Source: a virus
Direction: 5' to 3' (one strand)
Length of the DNA stretch: 64,000 bases
Virus record (IMG/VR): IMGVR_UViG_3300032242_001844
In this document: one piece after another, positions 39,947 to 49,558 of the stretch
Layout of the letters: the number at the start of each line of letters is the position of its first letter
How positions within the stretch are numbered: position 1 is the stretch's first letter
Program-made: the position numbers and the translations under genes
The notes under the pieces: model-generated
Databases searched by the model: none
Told to the model about the DNA's origin: nothing
Seen by the model: the letters and a program-made list of their open reading frames with translations, nothing else

Positions 39947-40226
39947 CTCAACTACCGTTATGACTTTTAAGACATTTGCTGGCGAAGAAATCATCACTCG
40001 TGTTGCAGAAGAAACAGAAACTACATATAAACTTACTAAACCGCTAGTAATGATTGCTACGCCGCAAGGTGGGTTTGGGTTAGCACCTGCGGTGTTTAGT
40101 ATTTCACCTGCTGATTCTCCAGTGTTAAATAAGAGTGCAGTAGCTTTATATGGTCCTACTGACAAAGATATAGCCAATCAGTACCTTGCTAAAACAACAG
40201 GATTGACATTGGCTACTTCTATCTAA
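39924..40226 (+). CDS. Small Sm-like beta-barrel hypothetical protein
   Basis: K...GEEII.R, L.KP, Y...TTGL pattern. Confidence 0.55.
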   Translation: MLLQKTTDSTTVMTFKTFAGEEIITRVAEETETTYKLTKPLVMIATPQGGFGLAPAVFSISPADSPVLNKSAVALYGPTDKDIANQYLAKTTGLTLATSI

Positions 40227-40235
40227 GGAGAGTCG

Positions 40236-40781
40236 ATGTCTATTCCAGCAAAAATTGGCAGTATGAATACTGGACTTGGTGTTGCATTTATGGGAGAATT
40301 AACTGTTCTCATAAATGGAAGACCAGCAAGTCGTTTAGGTGATATGGTAACAGGTCACCCTGGATTTGATCCATTGCACCCCCATCCGCCAAATCCAATA
40401 ATTATTGGTAGTCCAAGTGTTTTAGTAGGCGGAAGACCACAAGGTTTCTTAGGAAGTCTTGATATGTGTCGCCATTCTATGATTCCATTTGAAGCAGATG
40501 TATTAGTAGCCGCTGGCGGTGCTGGTGGTATCGGCGGTGGATTGCTTGGCGGTATTATTGGTAGTATTGGTGGCGGATTACTTGGTGGTCTTGGCAGTCT
40601 TGGCGGTCTAGCAGGTGGGCTAGGTTCATTGGGAAGTATTGCTAGCGGTCTTGGTGGCGTGTCTAGTATCGTTGGCACAGTTAGTAATGTTGTTAACAAT
40701 GGAGTAGGCGGATTAGTCAACAGTGTTGTTGGCGGAGCAGTTAACAATGTAGTTGGGCAGGTACAAAATGCCATTAGGTAG
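40236..40781 (+). CDS. PAAR-domain spike-tip protein with Gly-rich C-terminal extension
   Basis: VLINGRPASRLGD...H, H..N.I..GS..VLVGG.P, C.H; GGLLGG repeats; ends in TAG. Confidence 0.85.
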   Translation: MSIPAKIGSMNTGLGVAFMGELTVLINGRPASRLGDMVTGHPGFDPLHPHPPNPIIIGSPSVLVGGRPQGFLGSLDMCRHSMIPFEADVLVAAGGAGGIGGGLLGGIIGSIGGGLLGGLGSLGGLAGGLGSLGSIASGLGGVSSIVGTVSNVVNNGVGGLVNSVVGGAVNNVVGQVQNAIR

Positions 40782-42006
40782 TATTACAATCGGTACTGGA
40801 AACATCACTACTACAACAACATCAAGTACTGTCACTGGTATTGGCACTACTTTTATTACTCAGTTTAAAGCTGGTTCTCTTATTGCAGACATAAGCAATG
40901 TGTTTGTTGGATATGTATCTTACATAGCTAGTAATACTAGCTTATCTCTTACTACTGTTGCAAGTCTTAACATCACAGATCAACGGTTGCATTATGCTCC
41001 GATGCTAGCAAATTCTATTGTTTACACATATTATACTAGTGGCAGAGTTACTGCAAATACTGCTTCTAAAATAGTAACTGGTAACTCAACAAAATTTGCC
41101 ACTGAATTAAATTATGGTGATAGTTTGTGGATTGCTAGCACAGTTTCTGGGCCAAATACATTTGTTGGAACAGTTGATTTAATCACCAGCGATACTCAAT
41201 TATATCTGAATGCTAAAGGATTAGCAAATATTGATAATCAAAAATACTATATTCTGCCGCCAGTTTATGAAAAAAATTCACCGTTTGGTGGACCAGCAAC
41301 TGCATTTGAAGAACCAAATGTTAATGCTGGCATACTAAGTATTAATAACCAACTGTTTAATTGGGTAAACACTGGTTTGATTCCAAACACTAGCGTAGTA
41401 AACAGCTACCATCCACCTATTCGTGATGGTATAACTGGAATATTAGTAAATTTACCCGCTACTATCTATACTAAAAAAGGAAACAGCACTGCTGTTCTTT
41501 CCACCTATTCATTAGGAACAAAGTTTAATAGTTCTGGCAGTGATTATACTGTGCATGATTTTGATAAAAATCAATCTGCTTTTGGTACTGATGTTGGGTA
41601 TGTAAGAAATAGTTTACATCGCGCTAGCGATATTGAACATTTAGTCAATGCAGGTGACAGGGCAGCATATAACGGTGCAATTGGTTCACTGGTATCAACC
41701 ACTAGCGCGGATAGATATGCAAAGTTAGCTAATATAAATCTTCCACGAGTTACTGATAGCTTAGATTCTGCTAAAGAATATTATTCTCAAACTAGTCCAA
41801 CCGCAGAATTAAAAGAACATGGTGGTACAAATCTTGGAAATAACCAAGAATCAAGATTGCGCCCACAACCACAAAATTTGCGAAAAGTTGTAGCAACAGG
41901 CGCACCCATTGCAGTTCCTGGCATGCTTAATGTTATAGCCGACACATATAAACCAGGAGACATAACTTGGGTGCCTCCTAAATTTAAACCAACAAATGTG
42001 AGTTAA
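40768..42006 (+). CDS. Putative tail/baseplate protein
   Basis: Two GTG.I......VTG.GT.F.T.L..G repeats typical of fibre N-termini. Confidence 0.6.
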   Translation: MPLGSITIGTGNITTTTTSSTVTGIGTTFITQFKAGSLIADISNVFVGYVSYIASNTSLSLTTVASLNITDQRLHYAPMLANSIVYTYYTSGRVTANTASKIVTGNSTKFATELNYGDSLWIASTVSGPNTFVGTVDLITSDTQLYLNAKGLANIDNQKYYILPPVYEKNSPFGGPATAFEEPNVNAGILSINNQLFNWVNTGLIPNTSVVNSYHPPIRDGITGILVNLPATIYTKKGNSTAVLSTYSLGTKFNSSGSDYTVHDFDKNQSAFGTDVGYVRNSLHRASDIEHLVNAGDRAAYNGAIGSLVSTTSADRYAKLANINLPRVTDSLDSAKEYYSQTSPTAELKEHGGTNLGNNQESRLRPQPQNLRKVVATGAPIAVPGMLNVIADTYKPGDITWVPPKFKPTNVS

Positions 42007-42009
42007 CCT

Positions 42010-45000
42010 ATGGCAAGTGCACTTAAAGACCCCAATCTTACCTCAAGTTTTATTGCTTCAAATGAAGGTTTTAAATCAACTGCTTATCCTGACTATAACA
42101 GCAAAGGCGTTTTCACTGGCTATGCAATTGGATATGGCAACCATTATAATGCTGATGGTAGTCCTGTTCAGCCTGGCCAATCAATAACTCAAACAGACGG
42201 TCAGGCTCTTATGCAACAACAGATTGTTGATACATATGCGCCTGGAATTGCAAATCGTATCGGTGAACCAGCATGGAGTAACTTAACTCCAGAACAACAA
42301 GCAGCATATGTTGATTTAAGTTATAATTATGGTTCTGGCAGTCGTTGTTTAAGTGATTCGGTAGCAGCAGCACAAACAGGCGATCCAAACGCCATTAGCA
42401 GCAGCATGTCACAGCTTAGTTCAAACCCAGAACGCCGCGCTAGAGATGCTGCACTTGCAAATGGACAAGTTCCTGGCAATGTCAAAGGTGGCGGTCCTTC
42501 TGCAGCACTTCCAGCGAATGCCAAGGGCGCAGGTGCTGGCAGTGGCGCAGGTTGCGCTGGCGCTGGTTTAGGAATGTTTGCTGCTCTTGCTGGTGGCGGC
42601 TTATTAGGCGGTCTTGGTGCAGCAATCAATGGCGCATTAGGTGGATTAACTGGTGCGCTTGGTTTAACTGGCTTAACTGGCGCATTGGGCGGTGCACTAA
42701 GTGCTGCAACAGGCGCATTAGGTGGATTAACTGGTGGTTTTACTAATGCACTTAGTTCTATTACTGGCGGCGTTAGCACTGCTTTAAACACTTTATCTGG
42801 TGGTGCGTTTGGCGCATTGAGTGGTATAGGCAGCAGCATACTTCCAAGTTTAACTGGTGTGTTACCATCTGGAATATCAGGTTTAGTTGGTGGTGCGTTG
42901 AACGGAGTAACAGGCGGACTTATGAGTCCGCTAAATGGAATTTTACAAAATCCTTTAAATTTGCCAAACGCAATGCAACAGTTTGCTAGTTATGGTGGAA
43001 TAGGTGGAATGATTAATCGTGTTGCTGGTAACATGATGGGCAATGCTGTTAGTGGATCACTTAGTAACTTCATGGCAAATGTTGGTATTACTAGTGCGTA
43101 TAGCGGTATATCAAACAATGTAGTCGGTGCTATTGGCGAAGCAAGTGCTATGAGTTTTGGCACAGCGCAAGCTGGTGGTCTTGGAAATTTATTCCGTAAC
43201 AACAATGATATTATGAGTTATGGCACAACTACACTAAGTTTAAATCTACCTAGCGCAGCAAGTGATTTATCAAATTTAGGAACTTTTGCAACAACTAATA
43301 TGCTGCGGTTGCAACAACCAAGTCATGTTGCTGCACAAATTTTAAATGCAGGTCTAGGTGATGTAACAGGGCTAACTAAAAATTTAGTATCTGCGGGTAT
43401 TCCAATTGCTGGCGTTGATAATCCGTTACATGATGTAGCGTGTCAACGAATATTAACAAATACAACAGGCGAAGCTGCAACTGGCGCAGTAAGTGCTGCG
43501 TTTAATATTGGTGTACCGCTGCAACATTTAGGACAATTAACCGATATCAAACATATGTGTCCTAATCTATCTAAGACTGGTCCTAGCCAAAACTTTGCAC
43601 AGCTAGGTCAACATTTCTTGAGCCTTGGACTAACACGAGCTACACATTTCCAAGAAATTGGGACTGCGCTATCAAAAATAGACTCTGGATTAGATTTAAA
43701 TCATCTTACTCAACTTAGTAAACCATTTTATCAACCAGCGGCTGACAGAATGATGCAAACATTTGGATATGGCGGCGGCAGTTTAGGTGAATTAACTATG
43801 GCAGATTTTATTGGAACTCCTGCTGGTTATGTTCACAATGAAACGCTTCCTTATATAATTGATGCCAATAATAAAGTTATGGCAACAACAGATGGTCAAA
43901 CATTAAACCAACTAATTACGCAACTGCAAACATTGCTAACAGGCGGCTATCATATTCAAGGAACTAAGGCAGACCCAGCTACTGGGAGACCAGATAATCC
44001 TGATAGCATAGTAATCAATGGTACGGTTTTCACTACGCTAGATGATGCTGTATATTATTTGATTAATTTGATTGAAACGCAGCTAACTGTTATTAAAAAT
44101 ACAAGCGATCCTACTATACAAGCAGCACTGCAAGCAAGTGAAAAAGCGCATGCTGCCAGTTGTGCACATCTGTTAAAAGAAAACCACCATCTACAAGCGT
44201 TCAATATAAATTTATTTGAAGCTATTCCAAACAATCCAATCAATGCATATGTTTTTGCTGATGGATTGCCATACTATGGAACAAGTACTGGTTATGGTCA
44301 AATTGGTGACTACTTAGAGCGTGTTGCCGCAGATAACATTTATGGAGATGCTATCAAAGGTGCGATGCGTATGGGAAGAAATGCAGATGCACTAGGTCAG
44401 CTTGGCGTTAATATTGATAGATTTAAGTTGCCACATAGCCAATATTTCCGTGACCCTGCTACTTTCTATCTGACTGCATACACAGGAAATCTTCCATATG
44501 TTCCACAAAATCTGCAAGATGTAGTATATCCAATCAACCCTGCTGATATCTATATAGATACTAGAAATCAAAAATTGGTTGAAAGTGGATATAACCCAGC
44601 AGAAATGTTACCAGCACAAGCTGACGAAACATATTATGATTTGCAATGGACAAATATAAGTCCAGCAGTTAAAGAAAATATTGGGCTTAATGTTGTAAAT
44701 CAAGCTATTGACAGAAATGTCTTAGTAGTAGGCAACAAGTGTCTTTTAACTACACTTAACAGGCAACAAATTCCATTTGCTACAATAGACCAAAATGGAC
44801 TAGCACTTACTAATAATGAAGCTTTAGTTGATAATCTTTTAAAAATATCAAACAAGATAATATATGGTCAAATTGGTGCTACCAAATATGAAAATCCATT
44901 TAATACTGATCAAATGGTTTATGGTACTCTTGAAATGCTAGGTCAAGTTACTCCTATGAATATAAAAGCATTGGGAAATACTTTACTTGGAAGTGCAGTT

Positions 45001-45252
45001 TTGCCAAATCTGCTTACAAAAATTAATAATGCATTTGGACAAATCATTGCTGCTAGTACTGGTCAATCTATTGCTGGTACAGGTATTAATACAGGAACTG
45101 CTGTCAATAATGGTACTAATACTAATACATCGCAGCTAAATGATATTAGTCAAAGTTCGCTATATCAAAACGATACTGGCGTAGATCGTAATATTCAAAG
45201 TGCTTGGGGCGGAAGTGGTCCAGATGGTATGTATACTATTCCAAAGAAATGA
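42010..45252 (+). CDS. Large virion protein with N-terminal GH24 lysozyme domain and Gly-rich linker
   Basis: NEGF..AYPD....YAIGYG, LT..Q.AA.V..SYN.G, RR..D. Confidence 0.75.
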   Translation: MASALKDPNLTSSFIASNEGFKSTAYPDYNSKGVFTGYAIGYGNHYNADGSPVQPGQSITQTDGQALMQQQIVDTYAPGIANRIGEPAWSNLTPEQQAAYVDLSYNYGSGSRCLSDSVAAAQTGDPNAISSSMSQLSSNPERRARDAALANGQVPGNVKGGGPSAALPANAKGAGAGSGAGCAGAGLGMFAALAGGGLLGGLGAAINGALGGLTGALGLTGLTGALGGALSAATGALGGLTGGFTNALSSITGGVSTALNTLSGGAFGALSGIGSSILPSLTGVLPSGISGLVGGALNGVTGGLMSPLNGILQNPLNLPNAMQQFASYGGIGGMINRVAGNMMGNAVSGSLSNFMANVGITSAYSGISNNVVGAIGEASAMSFGTAQAGGLGNLFRNNNDIMSYGTTTLSLNLPSAASDLSNLGTFATTNMLRLQQPSHVAAQILNAGLGDVTGLTKNLVSAGIPIAGVDNPLHDVACQRILTNTTGEAATGAVSAAFNIGVPLQHLGQLTDIKHMCPNLSKTGPSQNFAQLGQHFLSLGLTRATHFQEIGTALSKIDSGLDLNHLTQLSKPFYQPAADRMMQTFGYGGGSLGELTMADFIGTPAGYVHNETLPYIIDANNKVMATTDGQTLNQLITQLQTLLTGGYHIQGTKADPATGRPDNPDSIVINGTVFTTLDDAVYYLINLIETQLTVIKNTSDPTIQAALQASEKAHAASCAHLLKENHHLQAFNINLFEAIPNNPINAYVFADGLPYYGTSTGYGQIGDYLERVAADNIYGDAIKGAMRMGRNADALGQLGVNIDRFKLPHSQYFRDPATFYLTAYTGNLPYVPQNLQDVVYPINPADIYIDTRNQKLVESGYNPAEMLPAQADETYYDLQWTNISPAVKENIGLNVVNQAIDRNVLVVGNKCLLTTLNRQQIPFATIDQNGLALTNNEALVDNLLKISNKIIYGQIGATKYENPFNTDQMVYGTLEMLGQVTPMNIKALGNTLLGSAVLPNLLTKINNAFGQIIAASTGQSIAGTGINTGTAVNNGTNTNTSQLNDISQSSLYQNDTGVDRNIQSAWGGSGPDGMYTIPKK

Positions 45253-45404
45253 AAGCTACTCGTGAGATAATCTGGCATTTTGTATGTCAACATTGCAGTG
45301 GATGGTTCTCTCTTGCCGTGATGGACGATTGGAAGCCTAAGAAACTATATTGCCCACATTGTGGCAAACAGCAGCAAATAACCCTTGACATAAACCCTGA
45401 ATGA
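45249..45404 (+). CDS. Small zinc-ribbon protein
   Basis: CQHC...CPHCG. Confidence 0.65.
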   Translation: MKATREIIWHFVCQHCSGWFSLAVMDDWKPKKLYCPHCGKQQQITLDINPE

Positions 45405-45421
45405 TGCTATAAATAACATAC

Positions 45422-45680
45422 TATTGTTGATAGCAACTAATAGATGGACTAGGACTCGGTTTCAATACCGACATCTCCACCACAAACACATTAGTGAAGT
45501 GGTGTGTTTTTGGGGGATGATAGGGTTTCGACTAGCATTGAAAAGGTTGAAGTAGATAGTGGGTTGAATGCCTTATAGTTCAAAAAATCGTAAATGCAAA
45601 CGACAACAATGCATATGATCTTCGCCTAGCGGCTTGATCGGAGTAACGGGGGGAACTTGGCAACAGAATCCCCCCACCTT
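45422..45680 (+). ncRNA. ssrA: Two-piece (circularly permuted) tmRNA, tag ANDNNAYDLRLAA
   Basis: Acceptor piece ends CATCTCCACCA at 45482; hairpin spacer 45483-45512; coding piece starts GGGGATG at 45513 (G3-U70 pair); tag 45596-45637; terminal TGGCAACAGA hairpin; promoter TTGACA 45385 / TATAAATA 45408. Confidence 0.93.
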
Positions 45681-45692
45681 TTTGAGAGGTTA

Positions 45693-46163
45693 ATGAAAAA
45701 ACTCTTATTATCTTTGGCGCTTATCACGGCAGTGAGTTATCCTGTTTTAGCCAAAGACCCCAAACCCCAAAAACCTATTGTTGTAGAAAATCCCAGCGAG
45801 TGTGTTGCCCAAGCTATTAAAAATGAAGCTGGTGGCGAAGACTATATGGGACAAGTTGCGATTGCTTGGGTAATTCGTAATAGATTACAAAGTGGAAAGT
45901 TTCCTAACTCGCCATGCAAAATCGTTTATGAACGACATGGAATTGATTGTCAATTTACTTTTATATGTTTTCCATTTAAGCCAGTTGACCAAGACAAAAA
46001 TCGTGGAGATTTTTATAGTATAGCAATGATGGTGTTATATTCAACATATATGGTTGATCCAACCGATGGTGCGCTATACTTTAATAATAAACCATTTAAG
46101 AACAAACAGTTCAAGTTTATTAAAAAGATAGGACACCACTGGTTTTATACGGATGCAAATTAA
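45693..46163 (+). CDS. SleB-family cell wall hydrolase with signal peptide
   Basis: EAGGE...GQ.AIA.VI.NR, CQF, DPTDGALYF, IGHH.FY; GAGGT SD. Confidence 0.88.
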   Translation: MKKLLLSLALITAVSYPVLAKDPKPQKPIVVENPSECVAQAIKNEAGGEDYMGQVAIAWVIRNRLQSGKFPNSPCKIVYERHGIDCQFTFICFPFKPVDQDKNRGDFYSIAMMVLYSTYMVDPTDGALYFNNKPFKNKQFKFIKKIGHHWFYTDAN

Positions 46164-46918
46164 TTAATGCTTTGTCCAGTATCACGGATATTGGTTAGCT
46201 TTTCAATATAGTGATCCATTCCATGGTCATAGATACCATCAAACAACTGGCCTTTTTTCCAACAGCGCCAATGCGCTCTCATGCTATCCTTAAAGCGTTG
46301 ATAACGGCTTAGCGGACGAATATTGCCATAGAAGTTAATATAGCATAGTGTACCATGGTGCTTGAATAGGAGAACTGGCGGTGGTACATGCGTAACCATA
46401 TCGTTGCAATTTACAAAACGATAGTGTTCAGTAGCAATACCAGCAACATAATCAGCATTTCCAAGACGAGGTTGTCCAAAGGTCATAAGTTTTACTGGTG
46501 GATAACCAGCAAATTCTAGTTCTTGGGTGATATAAAGTGCCATTGCAGCACCAAGACTGTGACCAGTAACATATATATCTTTCCCTTTATTCTTCGCTGC
46601 CCAATCTAATACTTGGTCAATAATTTTTCTTGCTTCACGACGAAAACCTTCGTGAACCCATCCCTTACCATGACGCTTTGGAATAGTATCAAGGTCGGCA
46701 AGTAAATCATTTGGCTGTGTAGGCTGTGTACCACGGCAAGCAACAATAACTTCGTTATCGCTTGCAGCAACATGCCCTTGTGCGCCTTCATTATCTAAAA
46801 ATTTATATTTTTTAAATCCAAGATCAGCATAAATTTGCTTATTGTCATCTTGGTATGCAGAACTGGCAAGGTTTGCCATTGTCACTGCTAATTCAGGTAG
46901 GCTTTGGTCTTTTAGCAT
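46160..46918 (-). CDS. Class 3 lipase
   Basis: RGT, VHEGF, GHSLGAA, TFGQPR, D.V..VP, terminal H; TAAATA + AGGGG upstream on the minus strand. Confidence 0.9.
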   Translation of the reverse strand: MLKDQSLPELAVTMANLASSAYQDDNKQIYADLGFKKYKFLDNEGAQGHVAASDNEVIVACRGTQPTQPNDLLADLDTIPKRHGKGWVHEGFRREARKIIDQVLDWAAKNKGKDIYVTGHSLGAAMALYITQELEFAGYPPVKLMTFGQPRLGNADYVAGIATEHYRFVNCNDMVTHVPPPVLLFKHHGTLCYINFYGNIRPLSRYQRFKDSMRAHWRCWKKGQLFDGIYDHGMDHYIEKLTNIRDTGQSIN

Positions 46919-46991
46919 TATTGATCCCCTGTTAGATTAATATTTATTTTAATATTGCTCTATGAAGCTTCGTGTGGTAGATTAAATAATC

Positions 46992-47366
46992 ATGGAGCGC
47001 ATTATGGATCAGCCTAAACCAGACCTTGAACGAGATTTGTTTGATAGCCAATATATCCGCGATAAATCACGCAACAATGATACCTATTGCCAGCACCTTT
47101 ATGCTACTCTTTGTAATAATGAATTTATCAAGGCAGAAGTATTATCCATTGTAGCAGCAGAACATTGGTCCTGTAGTTGGCGACATAGTGGCGGTATTGC
47201 TGCTAGTTTGTATGATGGTTCGTTTAGCGGCGATTATATGCGTTATTACACAGCAAGTTTTAGCGATGATGCTAACTATATTTCCGAAGGCATGGTTGAT
47301 GAAGAGATTCGTGAAGATTTAAAAAAAATTGGTTGGTATGTGGTTGAAAACAAGGTAAATATATAA
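46992..47366 (+). CDS. Conserved phage hypothetical protein
   Basis: Y.Q.LYA.LCNN.F, WSCSWR..G.I.A, EG....EI..DL..IGW. Confidence 0.7.
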   Translation: MERIMDQPKPDLERDLFDSQYIRDKSRNNDTYCQHLYATLCNNEFIKAEVLSIVAAEHWSCSWRHSGGIAASLYDGSFSGDYMRYYTASFSDDANYISEGMVDEEIREDLKKIGWYVVENKVNI

Positions 47367-48907
47367 TGTTCTTAAACATTTTAGCACTGTTGAGTGCAAT
47401 CTCTATCAGTGGCGTTGCAGCATATTATAGTATTGCTGGTCTTACTGCTATCTTTAGTGGTGCCGTTATTCCTATTATTATCATGGGCGGTACTCTTGAG
47501 TTTGGTAAAATTATTACTACAGTATGGCTGCACCAAAATTGGAAACATGTTAATTTTTTTGTAAAGTGGTACCTTTCACTTGCTGTTGTCGTGCTGATGT
47601 TTGTTACTTCTATGGGTATCTTTGGGTTTTTATCTCGTGCTCATATTGAAACAACAAGTAGCGTAGGCGATAATACTCTTCTTATTGAGCAGATTGATCA
47701 AAACATTGCGGTTGAGCAACAGCGTATTCGTGATAATCAAGCTGTTATTAAACAAATGGATGATGCAGTTAATGGTCTGCTAAGCGGCAGTGCGAGTAAT
47801 GCTACCAAAGATAATAATCGCACCGCTACACTAGCCACACAAGCAACTAAATTGCGCGATAGTCAAAAGAAAGACCGCGAAGCAGCTAATAAAACCATAG
47901 ATGACACTAATAAGCGTGTTCAGGATTTGAATAGTCAGAAGTTGAAACTTAATCAAGCACAGCTAAAAGTTGAAGCTGAAGTTGGACCAATCAAGTATAT
48001 TGCGCAGTTAATATACGGAGATAATATTGATAAGTCGCTACTTGAGCGAGCAGTTCGTTGGGTTATTATTTTTATCGTTGCTGTGTTTGATCCTCTTGCG
48101 GTTTCACTGGTTCTTGGCGCAACGATGGGCATCAGTGGTCGCAGAAAAGAAACTGAACCACGGGTAGAATACAAAGAAAAAATTGTTGAGGTGCCTGTTG
48201 AAAAAATTGTAACTGTTTATGATAACGAAGCTATTGCTCGTGCTGTAGTACTAGAAGAACAGTTAGAACGATTAAAGGCACAAGAACCAGAAGTAGTATA
48301 CAAAGAAATTATACAACCAGTTCCTATTTTTCGTGATAATATCATTGAAAAGATAGTAGAAGTTCCAACTACTACGGTTGTTGAAAAGATTGTAGAAGTG
48401 CAATTTGAAACTATTCGCGAAGTAGAAAAGATCGTAGAAGTTCCTGTTGAAGTTATTAGAGAAGTTGAACGCATCGTTGAAGTTCCTGTTGAGGCACAAG
48501 ATAGCAAAACAGTGATAGATTTGACTCAAGCATTAGATCATCTTCTTGCTGAAATAGAAAAGAAAAATGCCGAGATACACAAACTTCGTGCTACTGGTGA
48601 AGTTCTTGCCGAAGAATTAGCAGGTGAAGATACATCACATTTCAACCTTGAACAAGATAATGATATCGTTGGTCCACAACTTCCTGCAGGTACAAATGGA
48701 CAATTGTTTATTGTATACCGTCAGCCAGAAATTCTTTGGAAATATAACGGAGATCAGTGGATTCAAGTTGACAAAGGCGGAAATACCAGCTATACTCAAA
48801 ATATAAATTGGAAACATTGGCAGTTGGGCAGATTACAACGCGCCGAAATTGAGTGGGAAGATATGACTGTTGCTGAGCAACAAGCAATTGAAGAACAAAA
48901 TGCATGA
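47366..48907 (+). CDS. Membrane protein (TM helices, coiled coil, VEKIVEVPV repeats)
   Basis: 3 N-terminal TMs, TSMGIFGFLS, EVGP.KY, VFDPLAV TM, repeat block. Confidence 0.75.
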   Translation: MFLNILALLSAISISGVAAYYSIAGLTAIFSGAVIPIIIMGGTLEFGKIITTVWLHQNWKHVNFFVKWYLSLAVVVLMFVTSMGIFGFLSRAHIETTSSVGDNTLLIEQIDQNIAVEQQRIRDNQAVIKQMDDAVNGLLSGSASNATKDNNRTATLATQATKLRDSQKKDREAANKTIDDTNKRVQDLNSQKLKLNQAQLKVEAEVGPIKYIAQLIYGDNIDKSLLERAVRWVIIFIVAVFDPLAVSLVLGATMGISGRRKETEPRVEYKEKIVEVPVEKIVTVYDNEAIARAVVLEEQLERLKAQEPEVVYKEIIQPVPIFRDNIIEKIVEVPTTTVVEKIVEVQFETIREVEKIVEVPVEVIREVERIVEVPVEAQDSKTVIDLTQALDHLLAEIEKKNAEIHKLRATGEVLAEELAGEDTSHFNLEQDNDIVGPQLPAGTNGQLFIVYRQPEILWKYNGDQWIQVDKGGNTSYTQNINWKHWQLGRLQRAEIEWEDMTVAEQQAIEEQNA

Positions 48908-49296
48908 ATACAAGTAGAATTGTAACTGCGCCTGATATGGATTTAGATGACAGGTTCAAGATATTATTGGTTGATGTAGAGTGGAGTGATGTTGAAAAAC
49001 TTAGCAAAGCTATTGAAGCAATGAATACTGATGTTACTATATTCTTGTATGGCAGCAATGATACAGATGATGTATGGTGTATCAACACAAGCAAGCATGC
49101 TTATACTACACTTGTCAATTGTAGATTTAGTGGAAATAAAGAAATGCTCAAAGGTTGGCTTCTAAGTCAAAAAAACACATGGGCATTGGGGGCTAACGAT
49201 ATTGGTGCGGCAACACACAGAAATGTCTTTGACATTTATTCTTGGCTTGCTCAGCAATTTAATAATTACATTAAACAAGAGGAAAAAAATGTATAG
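48904..49296 (+). CDS. Hypothetical protein
   Basis: ATGA-coupled 130-aa ORF; ends in TAG. Confidence 0.6.
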   Translation: MNTSRIVTAPDMDLDDRFKILLVDVEWSDVEKLSKAIEAMNTDVTIFLYGSNDTDDVWCINTSKHAYTTLVNCRFSGNKEMLKGWLLSQKNTWALGANDIGAATHRNVFDIYSWLAQQFNNYIKQEEKNV

Positions 49297-49534
49297 ACCA
49301 GAATTAGAAAATGTTCGTCAAAGAGGTTTGTTTGTTGAAGTTCATAACGGAGATGTAACTAAAGCACTGCGTAAGATGAAGAAGATCATCCAGCAAGACG
49401 GCATTTTTCAAACACTCCGTGATCGTGAGCGGTTTGAAACTCCTAGTCAACAGCGCAAAAAAGCAAAAGCCCGTGCTGTTAAGCGTTGGCAAAAGAAGTT
49501 GAAAGAACTTCGTACCCAAGGTATTGCTCGTTAA
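49289..49534 (+). CDS. rpsU: Ribosomal protein bS21 homologue
   Basis: V.V..GDV.KALRK.KK.....G....LR.R..FE.PS..RK..K.RA..R; GAGG SD before ATG 49289. Confidence 0.88.
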   Translation: MYRPELENVRQRGLFVEVHNGDVTKALRKMKKIIQQDGIFQTLRDRERFETPSQQRKKAKARAVKRWQKKLKELRTQGIAR

Positions 49535-49558
49535 TAAATTCTAATCAATAGGTGAACA

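Noticed and set aside
45657-45692. Track start codons at 45657 and 53677
   Set aside because: They lie inside the tmRNA and the suppressor tRNA; SD-led ATGs at 45693 and 53749 are better
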